Part shown: positions 9,730 to 19,039 of the stretch, piece after piece
Layout: the number at the start of each line of letters is the position of its first letter
Numbering within the stretch: the stretch's first letter is position 1
Origin: Candidatus Latescibacterota bacterium
GTDB taxonomy: Bacteria > Latescibacterota > UBA2968 > UBA8231
Reading direction: 5' to 3'
DNA: 64,000 nucleotides
Assembly: GCA_964291625.2 (NCBI GenBank)
Contig: OZ220089.1
Location: forward strand, 3,904,001 to 3,968,000
Notes under the pieces: model-generated
Told to the model about the DNA's origin: nothing
Databases searched by the model: none
The model's input: only the letters and a program-made list of their open reading frames with translations
Position numbers and translations under genes: made by a program

Positions 9730-10913
9730 GCCGGCATGTCGGGGGCGTTCGGATCGAGGCAGGCGCCGGCCGGCCGGGGCCCCCGCGGGCGCAGGGGCAT
9801 CTCGTCGTAGGACTCGTAGCGGATGTCGAGCCAGGGCGTCTCGATGACGCGGCACTCCTCGCTGCGGGAGTTCATGACCGCGTCGATGACGCCCGTGATC
9901 AGCAGGGTGCGCTCGCAGGGGTACGGCGGCACCCCGGTGCGGAAGAACCGCTCGATGTTGCGGGTGAGGTAGCCGAAGTGGGCGAAGGGGCCGCCTTCCT
10001 GGGTGTGGAACTCGCAGGCGTCGACGGTGCCGTCCCGCCGCCGCGCGGCGTAGGCGAAGGTGCTCACGCCCTTGAGATGCAGGACCGAGGCCTTCAGGCC
10101 GTCGGCGTAGCGCACCAGGAAGACGGTTGGCTCGGGGTACTTCTCGGGGTCGTCGCTCCTGGCCTTTGCCGCGGCGGCCAGCATGGCCGCGGCCAGGTCC
10201 TGGGACCACTCGCCCCGGTCCCGGGCCCGCCACACGTCGTCGCCCTCCAGGCACTGCACCGAGACGACGCCGGTCTCGCCGCCGGCGCGCCGCTCGGCCA
10301 TGCACTGCAGGGTCTCGAGGGCGTGAAATCCGTAGGCCTCCACCGATCCGTAGCTGAGGGCCATGACCTCCTCCAGCTCGACGCCCTTGTCGTACTCCAG
10401 CCACGGCCGGCGCCAGCACAGGGGCAGGGAGGACCCGGCCATGAGGGGGATGCCGAGCTCCTGCTTGCGGGCCCACATCCAGGCCGCGTCGTCCCAGCTG
10501 TAGGCCAGGTGCTTGTCGCTGAAGACCGGGACCACGCGGCCGCTCTCGGCGAAGACGCCGGCGATCTGCTCGAAGAAGTAGCGCCGCGGGTACATGTGCC
10601 GGCCGCGCTCGTTCCACGGGTAGTCCCCGTGCTCGCCCACGAGGAGCACGGCGTCCACGTCCAGCTCCCTGGACCCGGCGTGCAGGGCGCGGCGGATGCT
10701 GGGGTGATGGGGGACGCCGTGCTTGGCCAGGCGCCCCAGGCCGACGTCGTTCTCCAGCACGTGGTCGATGTACGCGGAGGTGACGCGCACATCGTCGAAG
10801 GGCCGGAAGCCGTCGTCCGTGGACGCCCCCTCCAGGAACTTGGTGACGATCACGTCGGCGTGGGACTTGGGGTAGTAGATGGTGCAGATGGCGGCGACGC
10901 GGAGGGGATCCAT
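9726..10913 (-). CDS. conserved hypothetical protein with Gfo/Idh/MocA-like oxidoreductase fold
   Basis: SHADVIV, GEHGDYP, FSDKHL, MAGSSLP, YGFHALE. ATGA overlap with the next gene. Confidence 0.7.
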   Translation of the reverse strand: MDPLRVAAICTIYYPKSHADVIVTKFLEGASTDDGFRPFDDVRVTSAYIDHVLENDVGLGRLAKHGVPHHPSIRRALHAGSRELDVDAVLLVGEHGDYPWNERGRHMYPRRYFFEQIAGVFAESGRVVPVFSDKHLAYSWDDAAWMWARKQELGIPLMAGSSLPLCWRRPWLEYDKGVELEEVMALSYGSVEAYGFHALETLQCMAERRAGGETGVVSVQCLEGDDVWRARDRGEWSQDLAAAMLAAAAKARSDDPEKYPEPTVFLVRYADGLKASVLHLKGVSTFAYAARRRDGTVDACEFHTQEGGPFAHFGYLTRNIERFFRTGVPPYPCERTLLITGVIDAVMNSRSEECRVIETPWLDIRYESYDEMPLRPRGPRPAGACLDPNAPDMPA

Positions 10914-11092
10914 GGGGGGGCTCGCTCGGGGTGCGGGGTGCGGATCGGGGTCTTGCCGGGGCGGCATAGGTTCCGCGAGGCCGGGGGCAGCGTCAAGGGC
11001 GAGGAAGCCCTGGCCGATGGCGAAGCGATTGATCCCGGCTCCGGGGCGGCGGTACCTTGCCGAGGCTGGAAGTCGACTCGAGGAGGCACCCG

Positions 11093-12499
11093 ATGAGACC
11101 GATCCCGACATGGCCGGCCGCCGCGGCCGGCCTCGCGCTGCTCACCCCTGGCGAAGGGCAGGCCCAGGTGACCGGATTCGACCGCGAGGCCCTGATCGCG
11201 GAGTTCATCGCTTTCGACGACTCGCGCAACGAGGGACGGGCGTACTCGGACCAGACGACATCGTCGGCCCTGGCCTGGGGCGAGAGCTACTACCTCAACG
11301 CCTACATCAAGATGTACCGCGTCATCGGGGACGCGCGCTGGCTGGACAAGGTCGTCGACCACTTCGACCGCATGGCGGCGAACATGGGCGACCACGACGG
11401 CGACGGCATCCCGGGGTGGCAGGCGGACCGGTACTCCGTCTCCCGCATGCGCGCCGGGGAACTGCACAACCGCGGGACGGCGAGGATCCTGCCCGGGGCG
11501 AAGGTGGAGACGAACATCCAGCAGGCCCACGAAGCGGTGGACGCGGAGTACATCGTCGAGCGCACCGGGGACGACCGCTACACGGTGAGGCAGAGGAGCG
11601 GCGGCCCGTGGGAAGTGGTCCACGACGGGCCCCACGCCGTGGGAGAGCCGATCCCCGGCATCGCCGGCTTCGAGGTGAAGCTGGAGGGCGTGCCCGAGAT
11701 CGGGGACCGCTTCCGCGTCGAGACCTGGGGACCGGCGCCGCTGGAGTACGCCGTGCACGAGGGGATGATCCTCTACCCCGTCGCCCAGTTCATCGAGCTG
11801 GCCCTGAAGGACCCGCGCCTCAAGGGGCGTTACGAGGAGAAGGCCCGGTCCTACCTCCAACTGATCGAGGAGCGGGTCCTGCGGAAGCAGGAGCGCCACT
11901 GGGTGGACGTGGGCCCCGGCATGGGGGCCTACCGGTTCACCGAGTCCCCGGCCGAGCGCTTTCCCAACCGCGTCATGCCCCACAACCAGTACCTCGCCCC
12001 GGCCCGGGTCTGGCTGGTGCTCAAGGACGTCTCGGAGAATCCTCTGTACCTGGAGCGCGCCACGAAGATGGCCGCCCACTTCCGGCACTTCCTCCAAGAG
12101 ACGGGAGATGCCTGGACCTGGAACTACTGGGACTGGACCGAGGCCGGGGAGCCGGACCACAGCCGCCCCGAGGACAGCAGCCACGGGCAGATCGACGTGA
12201 CCTTCGCCGTCGAGGCCTTCCGCCGGGGCGTGGTCTTCACGCGGGAGGACATGCTGCGGTTCGCGCGGACCCTGACGGACCAGATGTGGAACGGCTCGCT
12301 GGAGGAACCGCGCATCGGGGGCCGCGTGGACGGACCCGACGGCGACAGCAAGATCATCCGCGGCTGGATCGAGCTGTGCCGCTGGGACCCGCGGATCTGG
12401 GAGATCCAGTGGGCCCGGTTCAACCGGCTCGAGCGGCCGGGGCTGGACATCCCCCACATTCTGTACGGGCGGGCGCTGCTCGACGGCGAGGTGGAGTAG
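11093..12499 (+). CDS. secreted hypothetical protein, probable (alpha/alpha)-toroid glycosidase/epimerase-like fold
   Basis: SD AGGAGG, signal peptide, LAWGESYYLNAY...GDARWLDK, YLERATKMA, WTWNYW, EDSSH. Confidence 0.65.
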   Translation: MRPIPTWPAAAAGLALLTPGEGQAQVTGFDREALIAEFIAFDDSRNEGRAYSDQTTSSALAWGESYYLNAYIKMYRVIGDARWLDKVVDHFDRMAANMGDHDGDGIPGWQADRYSVSRMRAGELHNRGTARILPGAKVETNIQQAHEAVDAEYIVERTGDDRYTVRQRSGGPWEVVHDGPHAVGEPIPGIAGFEVKLEGVPEIGDRFRVETWGPAPLEYAVHEGMILYPVAQFIELALKDPRLKGRYEEKARSYLQLIEERVLRKQERHWVDVGPGMGAYRFTESPAERFPNRVMPHNQYLAPARVWLVLKDVSENPLYLERATKMAAHFRHFLQETGDAWTWNYWDWTEAGEPDHSRPEDSSHGQIDVTFAVEAFRRGVVFTREDMLRFARTLTDQMWNGSLEEPRIGGRVDGPDGDSKIIRGWIELCRWDPRIWEIQWARFNRLERPGLDIPHILYGRALLDGEVE

Positions 12500-12576
12500 C
12501 GGCCTGCACCGCGCCGGCTGCTCCGCCACCCACTCGCCGTGTCCCCGGCGGCCACAGTCGGGAGGGCCCTCCAGCC

Positions 12577-12605
12577 TTGACGCGGCGGGAGAGCCTCAGC
12601 ATAAT
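12577..12605 (+). promoter_or_regulatory. sigma70-type promoter
   Basis: TTGACG (12577-12582), 17-bp spacer, CATAAT (12600-12605). Confidence 0.7.
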
Positions 12606-12611
12606 CCGGCC

Positions 12612-12743
12612 GGCTCGCAGGGAGCCTCCAGTCCGCGGGAAGGGCCCAGCCCACCTGTGCACCGCAGCACGCAGCGCCCGCCTAGCACCTCCTTTCAGCC
12701 CCGGATGCGGACCGTGGGCCTTCCTTCGAGAGGAGGCTGCACC
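12612..12743 (+). ncRNA. putative structured cis-regulatory leader RNA
   Basis: Three complementary pairs: AGCCTCC/GGAGGCT, GTCCGC/GCGGAC, GGAAGGGCCCA/TGGGCCTTCC. The first pair covers an SD. Confidence 0.5.
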
Positions 12744-12830
12744 TTGTTCCGCCCAATCACCCCCATCGCCGTCCCGAACCATCCCGCAGTTGCCCGTAGT
12801 CCGTCGGTCCGCGGCCGGGGAGGTGCGTGA
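12744..12830 (+). CDS. putative 28-aa leader peptide (uORF)
   Basis: SD GAGAGGAGG, TTG start, MFRPITPIAVPNHPAVARSPSVRGRGGA. Its stop overlaps the ankyrin ATG (TGATG). Confidence 0.4.
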   Translation: MFRPITPIAVPNHPAVARSPSVRGRGGA

Positions 12831-14065
12831 TGCCGGTCCGCCATCTTCCCAACGATCCCGACCTGGACCACCTCAGGGGCCAGGCGAAGTCGCTCCTCGC
12901 CGCCTGCCGGTCCGGCGACCCCGACGCCGTGGCCGACTTCGCCGAGTTCCATCCCCGCGGGGTGGAGCCCGCCGAGGCGAAGCTCGCCGACGCCCAGCTC
13001 GTGCTCGCGAGGGCCTACCAGCAGTCGAGCTGGCCCCGCCTGCGGGTCAAGGTGGAGCTGCTGCGCGCCATCTGGAACGACGACGTGCAGCGGGTCCGCG
13101 ACATCGTGACCGAGCACCCCGACCTGCTGGCAGAGAACGTGCGCAACGAGGACTGGGGCCCGCCCATGTCGCAGGCCGCCAACCTCGGCCGGGACGCGGT
13201 CGTGGAGGCCCTGGCCTCCCTCGGCGCGCAGGACCTCGAGAAGGCCTTCGCCCGCGCGGCCCTGCAGGGCAAGGTGAGCACCATGCGCAAGCTGGTTGCT
13301 CTCGGCGCGACGGTCCCGCGGGGGATCATCATGGGCTGCTGCGAGACGGTGAACGGCGACGGCCTGAGGGAGCTGGTCGAGGTCGGCGCCGAGCTGTGCG
13401 ACTCCGAGGGCGACCGCCTGGCGCCCGTCGCCCTGGCCCTGAGCACCTACTCCCGCAACCCCGCCGGCAAGCACGAGGTCCTGCGCATCCTGGAGGCCAA
13501 CGTCGACTACCCCGACACGCCCGCCATGGCCGTGCACCGGGGGCGGGTCGACCTGCTCGAGGCCCTGTACGAGCGGGACCCCGGCTTCGTCGGCCGTCCG
13601 CTTACCGGCGAGGAGACCTACCCCCGGGCGTGCGGCTGCGGCGGAGACGACGGCTACGGCCTGCACGGCACCCCGCTGCAGGGCGCCACCCTGCTGCACA
13701 TGGCGATCGACTACCACGAGCGCGAGATCTTCGACTGGCTCCTGGACCACGGCGCCGACCCGAACGCCCGCGCGGCGGTCGACGCCGACGGCTTCGGCGG
13801 GCACACGCCGTTGTTCAGCGCCGTGGTGGTGCAGCCGGCGACGGTGAGAGGCCTGGAGGCCGATCACTTCGCCCGGGCCCTGCTCGAGCGCGGCGCCGAC
13901 CCTTCCGTGCGCGCCTCGATCCGCAAGCAGCTGATGTTCATCGACGACGAGGAGCACGAGTACCGCGAGGTGACGGCCCTGGAGTACGGGCGGGCCTTCC
14001 ACGAGCTGCGGTTCGTCAACATGGCGGCCCTGAACCTGCTGCAGGCGCACGTCGAGGCCGGCTGA
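12830..14065 (+). CDS. ankyrin repeat protein with N-terminal LPxxPxLxxLRxQAK helical domain
   Basis: GATLLHMAI, LLDHGADPN, GHTPLFSA, LLERGADP. N-terminus LPNDPDLDHLRGQAKSLL. Confidence 0.9.
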   Translation: MPVRHLPNDPDLDHLRGQAKSLLAACRSGDPDAVADFAEFHPRGVEPAEAKLADAQLVLARAYQQSSWPRLRVKVELLRAIWNDDVQRVRDIVTEHPDLLAENVRNEDWGPPMSQAANLGRDAVVEALASLGAQDLEKAFARAALQGKVSTMRKLVALGATVPRGIIMGCCETVNGDGLRELVEVGAELCDSEGDRLAPVALALSTYSRNPAGKHEVLRILEANVDYPDTPAMAVHRGRVDLLEALYERDPGFVGRPLTGEETYPRACGCGGDDGYGLHGTPLQGATLLHMAIDYHEREIFDWLLDHGADPNARAAVDADGFGGHTPLFSAVVVQPATVRGLEADHFARALLERGADPSVRASIRKQLMFIDDEEHEYREVTALEYGRAFHELRFVNMAALNLLQAHVEAG

Positions 14066-14067
14066 AG

Positions 14068-15765
14068 TTGACCCACCAGCGAACCATCTACTCCGGGGAT
14101 CGGACCGGCCATCGGATCCTCCTCGCCGGTCTGAGCTTCCTGGTCCCGGTGTTCCCCCTTTCGGCGCTGCCGCCGTGCGGGGAGCCGGGCACGATCAGCA
14201 CCGTGACCGCCCCCGACGGCGGCGACTACATCGCCGCCTTCAGTGACTACAAGGTCTACCCCCCGGTAGAGGGGGGCTTTGGAGGTGCAGATGGCCCCGT
14301 CGATCTGGTCGCGGCGCCGGAGTACCGCAGTCACCATCCGCGGCACTTGGCCGTCGGTCCCCGAGGCCGCGTCCATATCGCCGACTGGACGATCATCTAC
14401 CGCCTCGAAGCCGATGGCAGCGCCACCCGCCTCGTCGGCGTACCGCAGTATCGTGACATCGGAACCGGCATCGGCAACGGCCATTACGAGCGGCCGCCCC
14501 TGCTGCAGGAATTCAATGTCCTGGAGGACTCCGTGGCGGCCCAGGTCGCCCGTATTGCGCCGGGTGCGATGGCCTTCGACCAGCAGGGGCGGCTCTACTT
14601 CGTCGACTATGTCGATGCGTGGCAGATCTTCTTGCACAGCAGCGACTACTCGAAGATAGTGGCGCGCATCGCTCGCGTGGAGCCCGATGGGCGGGTGGTC
14701 ACCTTCGCCGGCCCGGCGGCGTTCGGTGGCATTGGTTCGCTGGTCTTCGATGTCCAGGGGGATCTGCTGTTGTCGGGCTATGGAGGGATCTGGCGCATCG
14801 ACGACCAGGGAGGTGTCTCCGGCCCCATGGGGCCACCTGGGCGAGGATCCCTGCAGATGGATGATCAGGGGAGACTGTACTTCAGGACGCGTATCCAGGT
14901 CTTCCGCCGCCATGCCGACGGCACGATCGAGCACGTGGCGGGGTCGGCCTGGGAGGACGAAAAGGCCATGCGCGAGGCGGCGCTGGAAGGGGAGTGGTCG
15001 GAGGAGCGCCCGGGCGGGTACTATGTCGCCAATGGCGGGCCAGCGACCGAGGCTCCGATTCACTATGTCTCCGGCCTGGCCCTCGACTCGGACGGGTCGC
15101 TGTATGTGGCCAATGCCTACTTCCACCGCATCCATCGCGTCCGTCCCGACGGCGTCATTGAGACCGTCGCCGGCAACGGCCGGGACTTCATGAGCTCACC
15201 CGGTTGTGGGGCGCGCGAAAAGCGAGTGGCCGGGGGCATACCCATTCCCCGATGCCTGGACCATATCGGCGACGGCGGGCCGGCGGTGGAGGCCCCGGTC
15301 TGGGATCCACTTCTGCTGCAGATGACGCCGGACGGCGATCTCCTGGTGGCGATGGGGAAGGGAGGATTCATGTGGCTCGGGGGCGACATCTCCCACCTGC
15401 GCCGCATCTGCCGGGTCCGCGAGTGGATGACGGCCACGGCGGTGGACGCGGTCGAGGAGCAGGTGCCTGCGAGTGGCGCCGAAGGAGCGCTACCCTCCGT
15501 GCGGCTGTACCCGAATCCCTCCAACGCCGCCGTCACGATCGCCTTCGAGTTGGACCGCACGGCGTCCGTATCGGTGCGGGTCTACGACGAGCTGGGGCAG
15601 CGGGTGCGGGTGCTGGCCGCGGAGGCCGAGCGCCCGGCGGGCTCCTACCAGTTCGTCTGGGACGGGCTCGACCAGGCGGGGTGGGTGCAGGCCTCCGGCA
15701 CCTACTTTCTGGTGGTCTCGGTCGATGGGACTACGGAGAGCCACAAGCTGACCCTGCTGCACTGA
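14068..15765 (+). CDS. secreted NHL-repeat beta-propeller protein with FlgD-Ig/T9SS-like C-terminal domain, copy 1
   Basis: NHL repeats (GLALDSDGSLYVA, IETVAGNG, GDGGPA) and CTD YPNPSN...WDGLD...SGTY...KLTLLH. Start at TTG 14068 is uncertain. Confidence 0.82.
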   Translation: MTHQRTIYSGDRTGHRILLAGLSFLVPVFPLSALPPCGEPGTISTVTAPDGGDYIAAFSDYKVYPPVEGGFGGADGPVDLVAAPEYRSHHPRHLAVGPRGRVHIADWTIIYRLEADGSATRLVGVPQYRDIGTGIGNGHYERPPLLQEFNVLEDSVAAQVARIAPGAMAFDQQGRLYFVDYVDAWQIFLHSSDYSKIVARIARVEPDGRVVTFAGPAAFGGIGSLVFDVQGDLLLSGYGGIWRIDDQGGVSGPMGPPGRGSLQMDDQGRLYFRTRIQVFRRHADGTIEHVAGSAWEDEKAMREAALEGEWSEERPGGYYVANGGPATEAPIHYVSGLALDSDGSLYVANAYFHRIHRVRPDGVIETVAGNGRDFMSSPGCGAREKRVAGGIPIPRCLDHIGDGGPAVEAPVWDPLLLQMTPDGDLLVAMGKGGFMWLGGDISHLRRICRVREWMTATAVDAVEEQVPASGAEGALPSVRLYPNPSNAAVTIAFELDRTASVSVRVYDELGQRVRVLAAEAERPAGSYQFVWDGLDQAGWVQASGTYFLVVSVDGTTESHKLTLLH

Positions 15766-15778
15766 GGGACGGAAGGAC

Positions 15779-17422
15779 ATGCCAACCCGGCTTCATGGCC
15801 TCCTCTTCCTGTCGTGGCTTGCCCTGGCGGCCCCAGTGGGGGCGCTGCCGCCGTGCGGTGAGCCGGGCACGATCAGCACCGTGACCGCTCCCGACGGCGG
15901 GGACTACATCGCCGCCTTCAGTGGCTACAAAGTCTACCCGCCGCAGGACGTACCCGGCTACGGGGACCGGGCCGCCGCGCCGGAGTACCGCAGTCGCTAT
16001 CCGCAATACCTGGCCGTCGGTCCCCGAGGGCGCGTCCATGTCGCCGACTGGACGATCATCTACCGTTTGGAGGCCGATGGCAGCGCTACCCGCATCGTCG
16101 GTGTCCCTCAGTATTGGGCCGATGACACCGGCATAGGCAGCGACGGGCCCTACCCACCCTCTCTGCAGAAGGTGAATGTCCTCGTGGACACGGCGGCGGC
16201 GCTGGAGGCCCGCATCGCGCCGGGGGCAATGGCCTTCGACCGGCAGGGGCGGCTCCACTTCGTCGACTATGTCGATGCGTGGCAGGCGACCAGGGTTGAA
16301 GGCCCGCCGGGCGTGTCACGCATTGCACGCGTGGAGACCGATGGTCGGGTCGTCACCTTCGCCGGTCCGGCGGCGTTCGGTTGGGCAAGCTCGCTGGTCT
16401 TCGATCTGGAGGGACATCTGCTGTTGTCGGGTCACGGAGGGATCTGGCGCATTGACGACCAGGGAGGTGTCTCCGGCCCCATGGGGCCACCTGGACAAGG
16501 AGCTCTGCAAGTGGATGACCAGGGGAGACTGTATTTCCGGGCGGGTGACCAGGTCTTCCGCCGCAATGCCGACGGCACGATCGAGCACCTCGCCGGATCG
16601 GTCTGGGACAACTGGAGGGCCATGCGTGAGGCGGCGTTGGAAGGGGAGTGGTCGGAGGAGCGCCCGGGCGGGTACTATGTCGCCAATGGCGGGCCGGCGA
16701 CCGAGGCTCTCTTCGACTTTGTGTCGGCCCTGGCTCTCGACTCGGACGGGTCCCTGTACGTGGCCAATTACAACTTCCACCGCATCCATCGGGTCCGCCC
16801 CGACGGTGTCATCGAGACGGTCGCCGGCAACGGCCTGGACTGGCACTGGTCCCCCGGCTGTGCGGCGTCCGAAAAGCGGGTGGCCGGGGGCATACCCATT
16901 CCCAGATGCCTGGACAATATCGGCGACGGCGGTCCGGCGCGGGAGGCCCCGGTCTGGGAGCCCTCTCAACTGCAGATGACGCCGGACGGGGATCTATTGG
17001 TAGGCATGTGGCCGGCGGGGGGCATGTTGTGGGCGGGTGGCGACTTCTCCCACCTGCGCCGCATCTGCCGGGTTCGCGAGTGGATGGTGGCCACGGGGGT
17101 GGAGGCGGTCGAGGAGGAAGTGCCGGCAAGTGGCGCTGAAGAAGCGCTACCCTCCTTGCGCCTGTGGCCGAATCCCTTCAATGCCGCCGTTACGGTCGCC
17201 TTCGAGCTGGACCGCACGGCGTCAGTGTCCGTGCGGGTCTACGACGAGTTGGGGCAGCGGGTACGGGTGCTGGCCGCCGAGGCCGAGCGCCCGGCGGGCG
17301 CCTACCAGTTCGTCTGGGACGGGCTCGACCAGGCGGGGCGGGTGCAGGCCTCGGGCACCTACTTCCTGGTGGTCTCGGTCGATGGGACGGCTGAGAGCCA
17401 CAAGCTGACGTTGCTGCACTGA
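15779..17422 (+). CDS. secreted NHL-repeat protein with FlgD-Ig/T9SS-like CTD, copy 2
   Basis: Signal peptide MPTRLHGLL, NHL repeats, WPNPFN...KLTLLH. Confidence 0.88.
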   Translation: MPTRLHGLLFLSWLALAAPVGALPPCGEPGTISTVTAPDGGDYIAAFSGYKVYPPQDVPGYGDRAAAPEYRSRYPQYLAVGPRGRVHVADWTIIYRLEADGSATRIVGVPQYWADDTGIGSDGPYPPSLQKVNVLVDTAAALEARIAPGAMAFDRQGRLHFVDYVDAWQATRVEGPPGVSRIARVETDGRVVTFAGPAAFGWASSLVFDLEGHLLLSGHGGIWRIDDQGGVSGPMGPPGQGALQVDDQGRLYFRAGDQVFRRNADGTIEHLAGSVWDNWRAMREAALEGEWSEERPGGYYVANGGPATEALFDFVSALALDSDGSLYVANYNFHRIHRVRPDGVIETVAGNGLDWHWSPGCAASEKRVAGGIPIPRCLDNIGDGGPAREAPVWEPSQLQMTPDGDLLVGMWPAGGMLWAGGDFSHLRRICRVREWMVATGVEAVEEEVPASGAEEALPSLRLWPNPFNAAVTVAFELDRTASVSVRVYDELGQRVRVLAAEAERPAGAYQFVWDGLDQAGRVQASGTYFLVVSVDGTAESHKLTLLH

Positions 17423-17433
17423 GGAGTAGGGTT

Positions 17434-19026
17434 GTGGCACTTCGTCTCCATGGCTTGCTCTCCCTGTCGTGGCTTGCCTTGGCGGTCCCGGTGGGGGCAC
17501 TCCCGCCGTGCGGCCCAGCGGGGACCATCACCACCGTGACCGCCCCGGACGGCGGCGACTACATCGCCGTCTTCCGCGACTACACGATCTACCCGCCCGA
17601 GCGGGTCAACGTCGGAGGCGGCCGGGACCTGGTGGCCGCGCCGGAGTACCGCAGCTACTATCCGCAGTATCTGGCCCTGGGGCCCCAAGGGCGCGTCCAC
17701 GTGGCCGACCACACGATCATCTATCGTCTCGAAGCCGACGGCAGCGCCACCCGCCTTGTCGGCGTGCCCCAGTACTCGGCGGAGGAAGACAACGTGCACC
17801 AGGCCGCTGTGGCTCCGCTGCTGCAGCAGACGAACGTCCTGCAGGATACCGTGGCGGCCCTGGACGCGCGCATTGCGCCCGGGCCGATGGCGTTCGACCG
17901 GGAAGGCCGTCTCTACTTCGTTGACTATGTCAGAGGAGGGCGGAGGAAGGAGGCCCGCATCGCGCGTCTCGAAGCCGACGGACAGGTGACCACCTTTGCC
18001 GCCCGGGTCGAGTCTGCCCCCCACACTTCGCTGCTCTTCGAGCCCGGGGGGGATCTGCTCGTCGCCGGGTGGGGAGGCGTACAACGAATCGATGCGCAAG
18101 GGGGCATATCCAGGCTGCTGGAGGAGCGTCTGGTAGGGGCCTTGAGGCTGGGTCCTCAAGGGAGACTGTACTTCACCAACGGTCAACAGGTTTACCGCCG
18201 TCTCGACGACGGCACCCTCGAGGTTGTCGCCGGCTATGACTGGGGCGACCCGGACAACCCGGACCACAGGGGCGTCATCTATCGGGCGGGGGTGACAGGA
18301 CGCGGGGAGGAGCCTCGCCTTGGAGGGGTTTATGTGGGCAATGGCAGGCCGGCGACCGAGGCGCCTCTCCTTCGGGCCTTTGATTTCGTGATCGATGCCC
18401 GGGGGGTGATGTACATCGCCAACCGGGGATTCGACCGCATCCACCGCGTGGGCATCGACGGCGTCCTCGAGACGATCGCCGGTGATGGGACGCTCTGGGT
18501 CCTGGGCTGTACCAGGCACACTTGCCGAGACGAGATGGGCGATGGCCGTCCAGCCTTGGACGCCCCGATCCCGCTGCCGCTGCATGTTCTTCTCACGTCG
18601 CAGAACGATCTCCTCGTGCCGATGAGCCCGCCGGGGGCCTTCTGGGTGGGAGGGGTCTTTTCCTTCCTGCGCCGCATCTGCGGCGTCGGCGACCTCGTGC
18701 CGACGGCCGTGGCGGCGGTCGAGGAGGAGGTGCCGACTCCAGGAGGGACACCCTCCTCCGTACGCCTGTGGCCGAATCCCTTCAATGCCTCTGTCACCGT
18801 CGCCTTCGAGTTGGACCACCCAGCCTCCGTCTCGGTGCAGGTCTACGACGAGTTGGGGCAGCGGGTGCGGGTGCTGGCCGCCGAGGCCGAGCGCCCGGCG
18901 GGGTCCTACCAGTTCGTCTGGGACGGGCTCGACCAGGCGGGGCGGGTGCAGGCCTCGGGCATCTACTTTCTGGTCGTCTCAGTCGATGGGACTACGGAGA
19001 GCCACAAGCTGACCCTGCTGCACTGA
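17434..19026 (+). CDS. secreted NHL-repeat protein with FlgD-Ig/T9SS-like CTD, copy 3 (most divergent)
   Basis: Same N- and C-terminal blocks as the other copies, with a divergent middle. Confidence 0.88.
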   Translation: MALRLHGLLSLSWLALAVPVGALPPCGPAGTITTVTAPDGGDYIAVFRDYTIYPPERVNVGGGRDLVAAPEYRSYYPQYLALGPQGRVHVADHTIIYRLEADGSATRLVGVPQYSAEEDNVHQAAVAPLLQQTNVLQDTVAALDARIAPGPMAFDREGRLYFVDYVRGGRRKEARIARLEADGQVTTFAARVESAPHTSLLFEPGGDLLVAGWGGVQRIDAQGGISRLLEERLVGALRLGPQGRLYFTNGQQVYRRLDDGTLEVVAGYDWGDPDNPDHRGVIYRAGVTGRGEEPRLGGVYVGNGRPATEAPLLRAFDFVIDARGVMYIANRGFDRIHRVGIDGVLETIAGDGTLWVLGCTRHTCRDEMGDGRPALDAPIPLPLHVLLTSQNDLLVPMSPPGAFWVGGVFSFLRRICGVGDLVPTAVAAVEEEVPTPGGTPSSVRLWPNPFNASVTVAFELDHPASVSVQVYDELGQRVRVLAAEAERPAGSYQFVWDGLDQAGRVQASGIYFLVVSVDGTTESHKLTLLH

Positions 19027-19039
19027 GGGAAGGCAGGAC

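Noticed and set aside
10879-14067. Apparent 1628-aa fusion ORF
   Set aside because: The N-terminal two-thirds is an off-frame read through two real genes; only 14068 onward looks like protein.
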